64,000 nucleotides of DNA, taken from positions 118,786-182,785 of the forward strand of contig JBPOFY010000006.1 of assembly GCA_051252375.1 (NCBI GenBank). The letters are read 5' to 3'. This stretch comes from Opitutaceae bacterium. Its GTDB lineage: Bacteria > Verrucomicrobiota > Verrucomicrobiia > Opitutales > Coraliomargaritaceae. The position numbers and the translations under genes were made by a program. The notes under the pieces were generated by a model. The model saw only the letters and a program-made list of their open reading frames with translations. It did no database searches and was not told where the DNA came from. Below, one piece after another: positions 40,216 through 49,675 of this stretch. Numbering within the stretch: position 1 is the stretch's first letter; every line of letters begins with the position of its first letter.

Positions 40216-41253
40216 TTAATTGAAGTTTTTCGCAGCGCGCCCGAGCAGCAATGCTCCGCTTTTTTCATGCCTTTGCCACCAGGCTATATCCTTCTTTTTT
40301 ACATACTGCATAAATCGAAGCTTTTTCGATGGGATGTTTTTGGCGTGTGCCAAAAATGTCTGCCGCGCGTATTCTTGCCAAAGGTCGCCTTTTGCGGCTT
40401 CAAGTCTGTCGGCGATGTTTGCGAATCCCTTGCCGCGCAAAGCTTCTGCGGTTCTGACCAGTGAATCGCCTCTGAGGTTAATTACCTCAGCCCAAACGTG
40501 TTCACACTTCTCGACTCTGATCGCCTTGCAGATCTCCCGCGAGAATTTGTCGAAGTCTTCGACTGGCAGACTGGGGCAGATCATTCCATAAGTACGGAAA
40601 CCGTGATCCTGCAACCAGTGGAGGGACTCAATCCGCTTGGAAACTTTTGGCGTGCCGATCTCAATGGCTGCGGCAAGTTTGTCATCGAGCGTCCCGGTGG
40701 ATACGCCGAAGATCATCCGTTCTTTATACTCTTCCAGAGCCTCCGCAATTCGTGGAAGGAAATTAGATTTGGATAGGAAGCGAATTTGCCAGTTGGTGTT
40801 TTTGAGAATAAGACGGCTCAGTTCGATGGTCTCCGCGACGAGTTCCAAATTTGCGGCAACGTCGACCAAAGGGCTTGTGAAAATTACCCGCTGATCTTTT
40901 TGGTCTGTATACTTAGGATTGCCACTTTTCGTGAAGAGTTGGGATCTGAGGACTTCGACCGCATTGTTGCGGCGGATGACCACGTCCGAGAAATTCTGCT
41001 TGTCTTGACGAGCCTGTGCAAAATGAGGATTTTTTAGCATAATCGCGCCGACGTAACAAAAGGAACAGGAATACGCGCAGGCGGATCCTGGGCTGAAGGT
41101 CGGGCCATCGCAGAGTAATTTATGGCTGAAGTCGGATTTTAGACTAAGCACGGTTTTAGCGGGTGCCAAATAGACGGTTTTTCCGTTCATTGTGCCTCGT
41201 GGAGCGGTTACTTGAGCAGGGTGAGTATGTATATTTAACTTTTTCATGTCCAA
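40216..41253 (-). CDS. Radical SAM protein, spore photoproduct lyase-like
   Basis: CxxxCxxC motif (CAYSCSFC)Y, FLSKS, GVSTGT, IEIGTP..SKRIESL. Confidence 0.75.
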   Translation of the reverse strand: MDMKKLNIHTHPAQVTAPRGTMNGKTVYLAPAKTVLSLKSDFSHKLLCDGPTFSPGSACAYSCSFCYVGAIMLKNPHFAQARQDKQNFSDVVIRRNNAVEVLRSQLFTKSGNPKYTDQKDQRVIFTSPLVDVAANLELVAETIELSRLILKNTNWQIRFLSKSNFLPRIAEALEEYKERMIFGVSTGTLDDKLAAAIEIGTPKVSKRIESLHWLQDHGFRTYGMICPSLPVEDFDKFSREICKAIRVEKCEHVWAEVINLRGDSLVRTAEALRGKGFANIADRLEAAKGDLWQEYARQTFLAHAKNIPSKKLRFMQYVKKKDIAWWQRHEKSGALLLGRAAKNFN

Positions 41254-41465
41254 TCATTGCCTGAGAATTAAAATTCCGAACGAAGTATTTTCATTTTTTT
41301 TCAAAAAAGTTTTTTTGGCGTGATTCAATGAGGGCTAAGGGCGGTATATTTCCCTGAAATTTGAGATTAAGGTTGGAATTCGCGGGAAGGAATTGTGCTT
41401 TGGTGCTAACAGCTTCGGGGAAGACTAAGTCAGTTTGTGTTTCCTTAAATCCATAGTGAATTCAT

Positions 41466-41903
41466 TCAGACGAGTCCTGCCTCGCTGAAACTATAGTATG
41501 AGCAATTGTGGCCGACTATCATGTGGTCAATGAGGTCGATGCCGATGATTTGTCCGGCATCGCGTAGTTTTCTGGTGATTTGAATGTCCGCCCGACTGGG
41601 GGCGGGATCGCCGCTGGGATGGTTGTGGGCGCAGATGACTCCCGTCGCGCTTGCGAGGATGGCCGGTTTGAAGACTTCCCGCGCATGGGCGACTGTCGCG
41701 GTCGCGCTGCCTCGGCTCACCAAGACCCTGCCGAGCGGCATGTTTTTCCGGTTGAGCAGAATCACGTAGAACCACTCGACGGTGGGATCTTCGTCAAACG
41801 CCCCCTCCAAATATCGCAGCACTTGGGCCGTGGTCGTCAGGCTGCCTTTTGAGCCCTCCCGCACGAGTGAGTAGTGAATTTTCGCTTCGTAGATCAGGCA
41901 CAT
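41466..41903 (-). CDS. RadC-like JAB domain protein
   Basis: EWFYVILL, AREVFKPAI, HNHPSGDPAPSRAD, LIDHMIV. Start likely ATG 41903, just after the DUF3987 stop. Confidence 0.88.
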   Translation of the reverse strand: MCLIYEAKIHYSLVREGSKGSLTTTAQVLRYLEGAFDEDPTVEWFYVILLNRKNMPLGRVLVSRGSATATVAHAREVFKPAILASATGVICAHNHPSGDPAPSRADIQITRKLRDAGQIIGIDLIDHMIVGHNCSYYSFSEAGLV

Positions 41904-41907
41904 GCTT

Positions 41908-43089
41908 TCAGGTTCCGATACGGGTGAACCGCTCCACGATTGCTGCCGCGCACCTTGTGTGCTCTGGAGACAAAGAATGTATCGAGGCTTTGTTCCCATG
42001 TTCGGCGGCATGCAGGCAAAGTGCTATGCGCCAGCATTGTTCGGCTCGTCGTCGCATGACCTCTCCATGGATCGTTTCGTCGCTAGCGGCGAACCCGCGT
42101 GACTGTTGCTCGATGTTCTCGAAGAACTTCGCCGCCTCCTTAGAGGGTTTGACTAGTGCGGAATCAAACTCGAAACGGTGAGCCTCAATCAAATCCTGCA
42201 CCCGCTTGTTATACTGAGAGCGAATGGTCGGAGCGCGGCGTAGATCGATGGATGACGGTGATTCGTTAAGAATAGAGCACTCGCCATGGAGGAAACGTGG
42301 CAGTAGCCCCGACCGTGTCCTCATGGCCTTTTCGATAAAAGTCCGGTAGGAATCACGCTGTGTCAAATAGAGCGCGCTCAGGCATGGCGAGCGCAGACGA
42401 GCTGCCCGTCGCGTGACTCGGCTGGGAAGTATTAAATCGCCTGAGAATCCCTTGAGGTGAAAGTTCTCCTCCTTTGAATCGGTGACTGACAATCGTTTCA
42501 GCTGGTAACGAGCGTCTGAGCTTACGGTCGAGATAGACTCGCCGGAGCGAGCCATGAGCTCCCCCAAGGCCTCACTTGTGGCATCGTCGGCTAGCAAACA
42601 AGGAGCATCATTATATCGGGAGCAAATCGTGCGTTTGGACTCGGCGTCTTTGAGGCGGCGAAAGATTTCAAAACTACCCCTAGGGAATTTCCTGACGGTG
42701 CTACGCAGCCCCGTGATCTGCGCTTTAAGAAGCTCCTCGCCTGCACGAGCTCGCACAGACGGTTCCTTTTCCCACCAAGCGTGCAGATCCTTCTCAAAAT
42801 CCAAAACCGGCTCCATCATGTCGCGGAAGACTTCGCTCTTGCCGATGCCGGAGGCTGTGCCCAGCAGTATGAAAAGGTTGCTTCGGGTTTCCCTGCGGCG
42901 GCCTGATTGCACGACCAAGCCTTTACCGATCGCCGTAGAGATCGCTGCCAGTCCGACCATGATCGGAATTTCCAAGGGCACCTTGCGCTCGACAGCGCAG
43001 AGCAGTGCTCTTTGGCGAAGTACCATAGGCAACTGGTGAATTATGCTATCTGCGGCTTGAGCAGGTGGTGTTTTGAGTGACTTAATCAT
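41908..43089 (-). CDS. DUF3987/YfjI-family P-loop protein (putative replicative helicase of integrative elements)
   Basis: SNLFILLGTASGIGKS, DDATSEAL, SSDAR, GLLPRFL. Start likely ATG 43089, overlapping the AAA gene stop. Confidence 0.75.
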   Translation of the reverse strand: MIKSLKTPPAQAADSIIHQLPMVLRQRALLCAVERKVPLEIPIMVGLAAISTAIGKGLVVQSGRRRETRSNLFILLGTASGIGKSEVFRDMMEPVLDFEKDLHAWWEKEPSVRARAGEELLKAQITGLRSTVRKFPRGSFEIFRRLKDAESKRTICSRYNDAPCLLADDATSEALGELMARSGESISTVSSDARYQLKRLSVTDSKEENFHLKGFSGDLILPSRVTRRAARLRSPCLSALYLTQRDSYRTFIEKAMRTRSGLLPRFLHGECSILNESPSSIDLRRAPTIRSQYNKRVQDLIEAHRFEFDSALVKPSKEAAKFFENIEQQSRGFAASDETIHGEVMRRRAEQCWRIALCLHAAEHGNKASIHSLSPEHTRCAAAIVERFTRIGT

Positions 43090-44128
43090 GATGGTTATCT
43101 TCGATGTGTTCTTCCACGTGCTCCCAGTCTTCAGGGAGCAATTCGCATAACTGGTGCGGTTCGTTTCGCTTGAGTTGAGCCAGACGTATGGCCTGATTCT
43201 CCAATAGATATTCAAAGGCGCTGCGCACTAGGCGGCCGTTGGCATCCGAGGTCAGACCCTGTTTGACTAATTTACCCCAGGCAATTTCGGAGCGGAGTAA
43301 AAAGCCCTGCGTCGTCTCGAAGCCTTTCGACAAACATAGCTGCTTCATGATGGAATGTAATTCATCCGCACTATAATCGGGAAAGAAAACGTTACGCGTG
43401 AAACGCGAGCGTAGACCGGGGTTGCTGTTCACGAATTTGCGCATCTCGGCGGGATATCCCGCGACGATGACGACGACGCGCTCCCGTTGGTTTTCCATGT
43501 GCTGCACAATGGCGTCAATGGCCTCTCTGCCGTATTGGTCTTCGTGCCCAGCAAGCAGTGAGTAGGCCTCATCAATGAAAAGGACACCGCCCTCGGCTTT
43601 ATCAAAAGCCTCTTTGACCAAGTGCGGTGTCTCTCCGAGGTACTTACCGCAGATATCGGCTTTCGATACTTCCAAGGTATGGCCGTCCTCCAAGAGGCCA
43701 AGCGATTTTAGAATCTTACCCAGCAAGCGTGCCACCGAGGTTTTGCCAGTTCCAGGTGAGCCCGCAAACACTGTATGGAATGTAATCCCACTTGAAGGCA
43801 GCTTGAGTCGCCGTCGCTCCGATTCGATCCGCGCATACTGTGTCAGCCGATGCAGGGAAGTTTTCACTGAAGTCAAGCCAATCAATGAATTAAGCTGGGT
43901 CATGGCTTCGCGTAGCGCAGCCTCATCGACCTTGCCTAGCTTGGCCTTCTTTGATCGCTTGTCGGCAGACGGTTTTGTTGAACCAGCGGTTACTCCATAA
44001 ATTTCCGGCATTTGCCAGTTCCGCCCACCCGAGGCAGATGGCGGCCCCAAGCCATCGACCGCTTCTTTAAAAAGTTCGTCGATCGGCGCGAGCAGTTTCT
44101 TCTTAAAATCTTCAGAAGGGGAAGTCAT
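43082..44128 (-). CDS. AAA+ ATPase, SpoVK/CbbX/EccA-like
   Basis: LIGLTSVK, Walker A GSPGTGKT, Walker B LFIDEAYSL, VAGY, NPGLRSRF, NGR. Confidence 0.88.
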   Translation of the reverse strand: MTSPSEDFKKKLLAPIDELFKEAVDGLGPPSASGGRNWQMPEIYGVTAGSTKPSADKRSKKAKLGKVDEAALREAMTQLNSLIGLTSVKTSLHRLTQYARIESERRRLKLPSSGITFHTVFAGSPGTGKTSVARLLGKILKSLGLLEDGHTLEVSKADICGKYLGETPHLVKEAFDKAEGGVLFIDEAYSLLAGHEDQYGREAIDAIVQHMENQRERVVVIVAGYPAEMRKFVNSNPGLRSRFTRNVFFPDYSADELHSIMKQLCLSKGFETTQGFLLRSEIAWGKLVKQGLTSDANGRLVRSAFEYLLENQAIRLAQLKRNEPHQLCELLPEDWEHVEEHIEDNHHD

Positions 44129-45242
44129 TCTGAGCCTCCTTATCTATCCTTGTGCCCAACCATTTCTCGATAGTTTCGATGGTCTCTGGTTTTGGGTCGC
44201 CGTTCTTGAAAGTCTTTACTTGGGAGGGGAACCAGCTGTCATTGTTGCGCAATAATAGAACAGTAGCGCGTTCGGGACGATGCATTCGGTAGATGTAGTG
44301 AGTGCCGCCCAGAACCTGTGTCCCGTAACTTATCGCGCAGTTAAGCATTTGGTTGCCCTCGCGGTAGATTGCGCTGATCGAGGTGAGCGGCTCGACACAG
44401 AAGCACTTGCTTTCAAATGAGGGTATCGGGGGTGCCGGGAATGCGTCGACTCTTCCATGTCGTTTCAGACTGACCATCATACTCTGAAATTGAGCCGCGT
44501 TCATCAAGGTTCGTGCCGAAATGCGACCACCGCGGTACGGCCACAGTGGCACGAGTTCCATTTCCCTCCTGTATTGAATAATGTCCCTGCAGATTTCGCA
44601 CACGGAGTCCGCTTCTACATTTAGCATTTCATTCTCGCTCACTTCGAGCAGGCGCACACTCAGCATGTAGGCGGGGAGCCGGAGCGTATCTAGGGTTTGC
44701 GAAGTGAATCGTCGGGTGTGACGGAGCAGTTTCCTTTTCCTCCGGTCTTCCAAGTGCTCGAGTAGCTCAAGTAGATTTTTTGGCGAGCAATCCTCGATGG
44801 GGATTTTTCTCAAGAGCTTCAAGTTAGAGGCTGTGGCAGGCCATCCTGCTTTCTCCAGAACTGCCCGCCATCCGCGCTGCATGATTCGGATTCGATCTAT
44901 TTCATTCCACCTCATTCCATCCTCTGCTTTGATTTGCGTCAGCAAGGTAATCAGGGCAGGGCACCACTCCGCCCAATCTTCGAAGCGCTCTGTCCACATT
45001 TGTGATAGGCGCAGTAGCTCGGGCAAGAGCGGCTCAGGGAATGAGAGCAACTGCTGGCGCAGCTCGTTGGGGATCTTGGCGACCCATAGCTGCGCGAGGG
45101 GTTCCTGCGAAAGCAGTAAGTCGGTTAACAACCTGGGGAGGTCTTTGCATTTTCCCTCGGATTCGAAGCATGGCCAGGGTGACAAGGTCACTGAGCCGAC
45201 GCGGATTTTGGTCTCATTGAGTAACTGGAATTCGTGTGTCAT
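44112..45242 (-). CDS. PcfJ-like domain protein (paralog 1)
   Basis: C-terminal FPAPPIP...EPLTS...EGNQMLNCAISY...YIYR...ERATV...QVK..KN pattern. Confidence 0.65.
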   Translation of the reverse strand: MTHEFQLLNETKIRVGSVTLSPWPCFESEGKCKDLPRLLTDLLLSQEPLAQLWVAKIPNELRQQLLSFPEPLLPELLRLSQMWTERFEDWAEWCPALITLLTQIKAEDGMRWNEIDRIRIMQRGWRAVLEKAGWPATASNLKLLRKIPIEDCSPKNLLELLEHLEDRRKRKLLRHTRRFTSQTLDTLRLPAYMLSVRLLEVSENEMLNVEADSVCEICRDIIQYRREMELVPLWPYRGGRISARTLMNAAQFQSMMVSLKRHGRVDAFPAPPIPSFESKCFCVEPLTSISAIYREGNQMLNCAISYGTQVLGGTHYIYRMHRPERATVLLLRNNDSWFPSQVKTFKNGDPKPETIETIEKWLGTRIDKEAQNDFPF

Positions 45243-45263
45243 TGTATTTTATGTTTAATGGCT

Positions 45264-46385
45264 TTATGCCATTTTTTTGTTTTGGCGTATCCAGCGGTAG
45301 ATGAGGTTTTCGGTGAGTTGTCGTATCTTTCCCGCGTTGGCATAGAGTCCGATCTGCTCGATCTCCCAGCCGCTCGATTCGAGTTGCAGAAGCAGCGTCG
45401 CGCGTTCGGGTTTTTTTATCCGATAAAGATATCGTTCGCCTTTCTGGATATCATCGGAGTATTCCAAGCTGCAATTTTGCATTAAATCAGCTTCCTCCTT
45501 TACGTCTCTGGGGCAGGTCAAAGGATGGAGCTCCAGGCCTTCGGGGAGTGTGTCGACCGGCAAGGGCGCTCTAGGAAATTGCAGTGATTGCGCCCCGCAG
45601 CGTAACGCGTTGCGCCATTCGGCGCGCAGCAATGATTGCCATGAGCGGATCGTGCCTCGGTAAGGCCAGGCTGGCTCGCGGCAGGACATTTCCCGGGTGG
45701 TCAAGATATTGCTTACCAAGTCAACGAGTAGGAATCCGTCTTGCGCAGGTTCTTTAATTGCCAATTCCAACAGCGGCATATCGACGGGTAGAGATGGATG
45801 CTGTAGCAGCCACAAAATATCTACTGTGATTGCAGGTAGGTGTCGGAGGTGCCGACGTAACTTGTGATCTTCGAAAAGATGTAGTGCCCTTTTGATAAGA
45901 TATACTCCGAAATTGTATCCTGAGAGCTTTTGCATGAGGTGCACCCACTCATCTCTCTCTGGATGCCCTAATTCACTTAGCATTAAGCGAGGTTTCATCA
46001 TTAAGAGTTTTAGGCGAAAGGCGTCTCGCTTATCACGAGGCGGCATTTCCCAAGGAGCTTGGAAAGCCCAATATGTTGCGATAGCGATAGCCATTGCAGG
46101 GTTACTTCTAGATAATCTGACGAAGCGAATCGGATCCAACTGCGCCAATTCGATCAGTTCTGAGTGGTGGTCGCAGTAGCGTTGAAGCTCTCGCAGCACA
46201 TCCAGCGGTATTGGTCTGCGCCATGTATCGCAGAAGAGGTCTTTCTCATTTAGCAGATGTTGGAGATACTTTGGGTTCCAAAGTCCGCGCAGTCTTTCAA
46301 CACTTTGATGGCCATAGTTAGGCCATGTGTTGTAGAGCTCATCCTCAATAAGAATTGTGGTCGGGTTTAGTAAGTCGGCGTTCAC
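45264..46385 (-). CDS. PcfJ-like domain protein (paralog 2)
   Basis: FPRAPLP...HPLT...EEADLMQNCSLEY...YLYR...ERATL...QIG..AN; shares WPYRG and LRH motifs with 44112..45242; GTG start. Confidence 0.65.
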   Translation of the reverse strand: MNADLLNPTTILIEDELYNTWPNYGHQSVERLRGLWNPKYLQHLLNEKDLFCDTWRRPIPLDVLRELQRYCDHHSELIELAQLDPIRFVRLSRSNPAMAIAIATYWAFQAPWEMPPRDKRDAFRLKLLMMKPRLMLSELGHPERDEWVHLMQKLSGYNFGVYLIKRALHLFEDHKLRRHLRHLPAITVDILWLLQHPSLPVDMPLLELAIKEPAQDGFLLVDLVSNILTTREMSCREPAWPYRGTIRSWQSLLRAEWRNALRCGAQSLQFPRAPLPVDTLPEGLELHPLTCPRDVKEEADLMQNCSLEYSDDIQKGERYLYRIKKPERATLLLQLESSGWEIEQIGLYANAGKIRQLTENLIYRWIRQNKKMA

Positions 46386-46417
46386 GATTTTTATGTTTAA
46401 GGGGGCATCTCACATAC

Positions 46418-46448
46418 AAAAAAGCCCCGCCGAATCATCGACGGGGCT
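46418..46448 (-). terminator. Rho-independent terminator separating two element operons
   Basis: Minus strand AGCCCCG-TCGATGATTCGG-CGGGGCT followed by TTTTT. Confidence 0.75.
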
Positions 46449-46469
46449 CCCCAAGCAATGGCCAACCAA

Positions 46470-47021
46470 TTAGACCAAAAATTCGACTAGTCGCCCTTCC
46501 TGGGTATAAGGTCCTGGTTCGAGCCGCCGATGAAGCTCATAAATCAAGCTGCCAATTTCACACCAATGCGATTGATCTCGAGCGAAGGGCTTAAGGAAGC
46601 AGATATGTAGATATGGGCCGAACCGGAAGACCGATTTCCAACCGAATACATCTTCGACCTGACATTGCGGAAGTTCTGTCCAGCATGTGCCCATCATGAG
46701 TTCACGAATGCCCCGACCCCAGGTTCGAGGCAGGTCATGCACCCCGATAGGGATCTCCAGATTGCTTCGCTCAAAGGCCTGGGACAGGAGATCCATTTCC
46801 GGTAGATCGCTACGTATCGACGGCATTGAATCAAGCGTATGAAGCAGCTCAGAGGATACCTCTGGTAGTCGCTTCCCGAGCTTATTGTGATATTCGATGA
46901 GATAGTCCGCACAGTTGAGCTGTCCGGCGATGCAATACTCTTCGGCCATACGATAGAAGGCGGCGTTGTGCGCTTTTTTGTCGTCGGAATTGCGGTGGTT
47001 GTGGAATGGATTTTCGTTCAT
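46470..47021 (-). CDS. Hypothetical protein, paralog of 47263..47811
   Basis: ATGA-coupled to the upstream ORF; shares IP.G...LP, VF.W.SV and ELH motifs with 47263..47811. Confidence 0.65.
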   Translation of the reverse strand: MNENPFHNHRNSDDKKAHNAAFYRMAEEYCIAGQLNCADYLIEYHNKLGKRLPEVSSELLHTLDSMPSIRSDLPEMDLLSQAFERSNLEIPIGVHDLPRTWGRGIRELMMGTCWTELPQCQVEDVFGWKSVFRFGPYLHICFLKPFARDQSHWCEIGSLIYELHRRLEPGPYTQEGRLVEFLV

Positions 47022-47290
47022 TTGCGTTTAGTTTGTATGCTTTCTATGAATACGGAGGTCATCATCACTGTGGCCAGAGGAAGGCAGACTATTAGGTCGA
47101 AAATGTAGATGTGATCTTCATCAGTATTTTGATCGTGGACATACCACGACGGCCCATATCGGTGATACCAAATCATAGATGCGCAGAGCCAAACCAGCGG
47201 GATCGGAGGATATACGGGAATGAATGACACGCTTAGACACATCGCGTACAGCAGCCAGAAGGTTAATTTTTCGCTTTGCATGTCTGCCAT
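47018..47290 (-). CDS. Small membrane protein (2-3 TM)
   Basis: Hydrophobic segments; overlaps both neighbours, consistent with an operon. Confidence 0.55.
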   Translation of the reverse strand: MADMQSEKLTFWLLYAMCLSVSFIPVYPPIPLVWLCASMIWYHRYGPSWYVHDQNTDEDHIYIFDLIVCLPLATVMMTSVFIESIQTKRK

Positions 47291-47811
47291 TTTCTATGCA
47301 CTGCACCTTTGATCTCATGATGAAGCTCTAGGAGTATTCGTGCAGTTGCTTCCCAATCGTATTCCGTATGTGGAATCGTGCAGGGAAATGTGATTTCAAT
47401 CGATTCTTTGAACTGTTTGACCGATTCCCAACTGAATACCGCTTCTTGGCAAGTTCCGTGAATGAAGCGCCAGTTTATATCGTCCATGAAATTGATCATC
47501 GGTTCTGCGAAGATTACCGGAAGTTCCCCAAGCCCGTTTGGGATTTGGCATCCGTGTGCTCCGAAAGTGATTTCAAGGGAGTCACGTTGTCTCAAATTAT
47601 CTTTTAACTTGGGCAGGTGATCGAGAAGTTCGATAGCTAACGGCGGTATTGGCTGGTATTTGGTCATGCCTTCGTCAAGCCACTCGAAGATACTCTGATC
47701 ATAATCAGACAGTGAGAGCGCTCTACTCGGAATGTGACCCGGTAGGATGTGATAGAGGTTTTCGTAGTAGTCTGTATCTTTATCTACGGTGATATGGTTT
47801 TCGTCTGTCAT
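47263..47811 (-). CDS. Hypothetical protein, paralog of 46470..47021
   Basis: ATGA overlap with the ATPase stop; motif similarity to 46470..47021. Confidence 0.65.
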   Translation of the reverse strand: MTDENHITVDKDTDYYENLYHILPGHIPSRALSLSDYDQSIFEWLDEGMTKYQPIPPLAIELLDHLPKLKDNLRQRDSLEITFGAHGCQIPNGLGELPVIFAEPMINFMDDINWRFIHGTCQEAVFSWESVKQFKESIEITFPCTIPHTEYDWEATARILLELHHEIKGAVHRKWQTCKAKN

Positions 47812-49184
47812 GGTTTTATATTTTGCTTTTGTTTTTGTGGCACGAGGCTGAGAGCCTCGTTGTAAATGGTTGATCCGATGAGAGCATAGGCATCGCCGGT
47901 TGCCAAACGAGCGATGGCACCCTGTGGCACCGCAGGTGTTCTGATTTGCCTGTGGAATTCCGCTGGCAAATTGCGCCGAACAGTTGGCGAGTTGCCTTCG
48001 TAAGTGGTGGTGTCCGTGAGGATTTCGGTTTTCCTTCCCAAGTAGGCTGTCGCAATTGCATCTACCTCTGGATCCCGGCCTCTGAAAAAGACCAGATTGG
48101 AAAAATTGGCCAAAGCGGCCTCCCTTGAAGGCTTGCCGATTGCTATGTCAAGAGCGGCTAAGCTCTGAGTGCTTGCCAAGATGAAGCCACCCCTAGAGCG
48201 AATCATGGCGAGTGCATCTGTGTCGGAGTATCTGTTTCCGCTTCCGGCGGTCGCGCAGATCGGCCAATCGTCGAGGATCAGCCCGGCTTTTATCTCATTG
48301 GTTTGCTGGGCATCATTTTTTAAAACCGCATCGTAAAAAAGCCCTTTCACCATACGGCTAACCAAGCGTGCGCACTCTGGGTGTCTGACTCCATCGATGC
48401 TTATTAAATGGATTTTCCGTTGGTTGAGGATTGAACTGATTTCAACGGGCGTCGTTCCATCGAAGTAGCCAAAGGCAGTCTGGTTGTTCATGGATGCGGT
48501 CAGCGACGCCGCCATGCTTTGCAGGATCGACCGAGTTCGGAAATCGAGGGTATCCCACATCCGGTGGGTGGCGACGACTTCATCGATGATCAGCTGGATG
48601 CTAGGATCAAATTCTTTTCGCCGAGCTTTCAACTCGTCGATATCATCGACATAGACGGGATCCCTGAGCTGGTGGAGCAATAAATACCTAATTAGCTGTT
48701 GCATGAGGGTAGTATAATTCCACTTCAAATTTTCCGTAAGGAAGATTATTCGAAGAATTTGACGTAACAGCGTCTGGAAGGTATTTTCCCAGTATTGGTT
48801 ACGCTCATCTCGCGGGATCGATGCCCCCAGCAGGCCTGATAACTGATCAACCGCTTCGAAATGCCCACGGTCTAGCTCTCCGAATATGTCTAGGGAATTG
48901 CTTCCATCACCATTGATCACGACAAGGTCGTCTTCGCGTTCTGCATCGAAGCATGCCAAGCGAATGGCATGCTCGGCTATGCCATCGGCCTTCGTGTCTA
49001 GGATGCAGAGTCCGGCATCACCTGCATGAATGAGTTGGGATACAATGGGCAGGATCAGTCGACTGGTCTTGCCTGAGCCTGAGCCTCCTATTGCGAGTGT
49101 ATGTCCAAGCAGATCCTCTTGGGTGAAGTCCAGGCTGACACCAGCTGGCTCGTAGCATTCGAGCGATATGATAGGCTCATCCAC
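47808..49184 (-). CDS. VirD4/TraD-like coupling ATPase (TraM-recognition-type C-terminus) without an N-terminal TM anchor
   Basis: HTLAIGGSGSGKT, LDTK, YWEN, LILDDW, RSRGG...STQSL, LANF.N.VFF. GTG start at 49184 preceded by GGGGGA and overlapping the upstream stop. Confidence 0.75.
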   Translation of the reverse strand: MDEPIISLECYEPAGVSLDFTQEDLLGHTLAIGGSGSGKTSRLILPIVSQLIHAGDAGLCILDTKADGIAEHAIRLACFDAEREDDLVVINGDGSNSLDIFGELDRGHFEAVDQLSGLLGASIPRDERNQYWENTFQTLLRQILRIIFLTENLKWNYTTLMQQLIRYLLLHQLRDPVYVDDIDELKARRKEFDPSIQLIIDEVVATHRMWDTLDFRTRSILQSMAASLTASMNNQTAFGYFDGTTPVEISSILNQRKIHLISIDGVRHPECARLVSRMVKGLFYDAVLKNDAQQTNEIKAGLILDDWPICATAGSGNRYSDTDALAMIRSRGGFILASTQSLAALDIAIGKPSREAALANFSNLVFFRGRDPEVDAIATAYLGRKTEILTDTTTYEGNSPTVRRNLPAEFHRQIRTPAVPQGAIARLATGDAYALIGSTIYNEALSLVPQKQKQNIKP

Positions 49185-49668
49185 GGTGGATTCCCCCAGT
49201 GAAAAGTGATAGTATTTCATCGGAGCGCGCGTCATTCTCGGCGTCGCTCATTCCAGAAATATGCCACAGATAATTCATACGCCCAAAGTCGTGTTTTAGT
49301 ATCTCGAGGATTTCGCGCGGATCGAAGGCGGCGGCACATTGGCTGTCACCATCTCGCTTATATGATTCAACGGAGGGAAGGAGGCAGAGATAGCAGATCG
49401 CCATGCAGGCCATCTCATTGGAGAGGAAAAATGCCCACCACGGCCACCTCCGATGTAGTTCTTGCAAGTAAGTGCGGATTTCGGGGATGCAATAAATCTC
49501 GTTGGCGCGATCGTTGTAGCCGTCAATTTGAAGCACGAGAGAGTCGTATTTCTCCTTCAGTTCGTTGCTCCAAAGCTGTGGCCAGTGCCCGAATAGGTTT
49601 TCAAAGCGCGAGAAATCGAGTGCCTGAATTTCTTCCTTTGTGATAGTGTGAATGATGATTGTTTTCAT
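49177..49668 (-). CDS. CRR6 (chlororespiratory reduction 6)/DUF1817-like protein
   Basis: IDGYND..EIY.IPEIR.Y...L...WPWWAFFL pattern. Confidence 0.6.
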   Translation of the reverse strand: MKTIIIHTITKEEIQALDFSRFENLFGHWPQLWSNELKEKYDSLVLQIDGYNDRANEIYCIPEIRTYLQELHRRWPWWAFFLSNEMACMAICYLCLLPSVESYKRDGDSQCAAAFDPREILEILKHDFGRMNYLWHISGMSDAENDARSDEILSLFTGGIHRG

Positions 49669-49675
49669 ATGTTTT

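Noticed and set aside
40239..40249. GCCCGAGCAGC, identical to tRNA-Asn 37474-37484, as a possible attR
   Set aside because: Only 11 bp, inside the radical SAM coding sequence, and element genes continue well beyond it. Compatible with chance.
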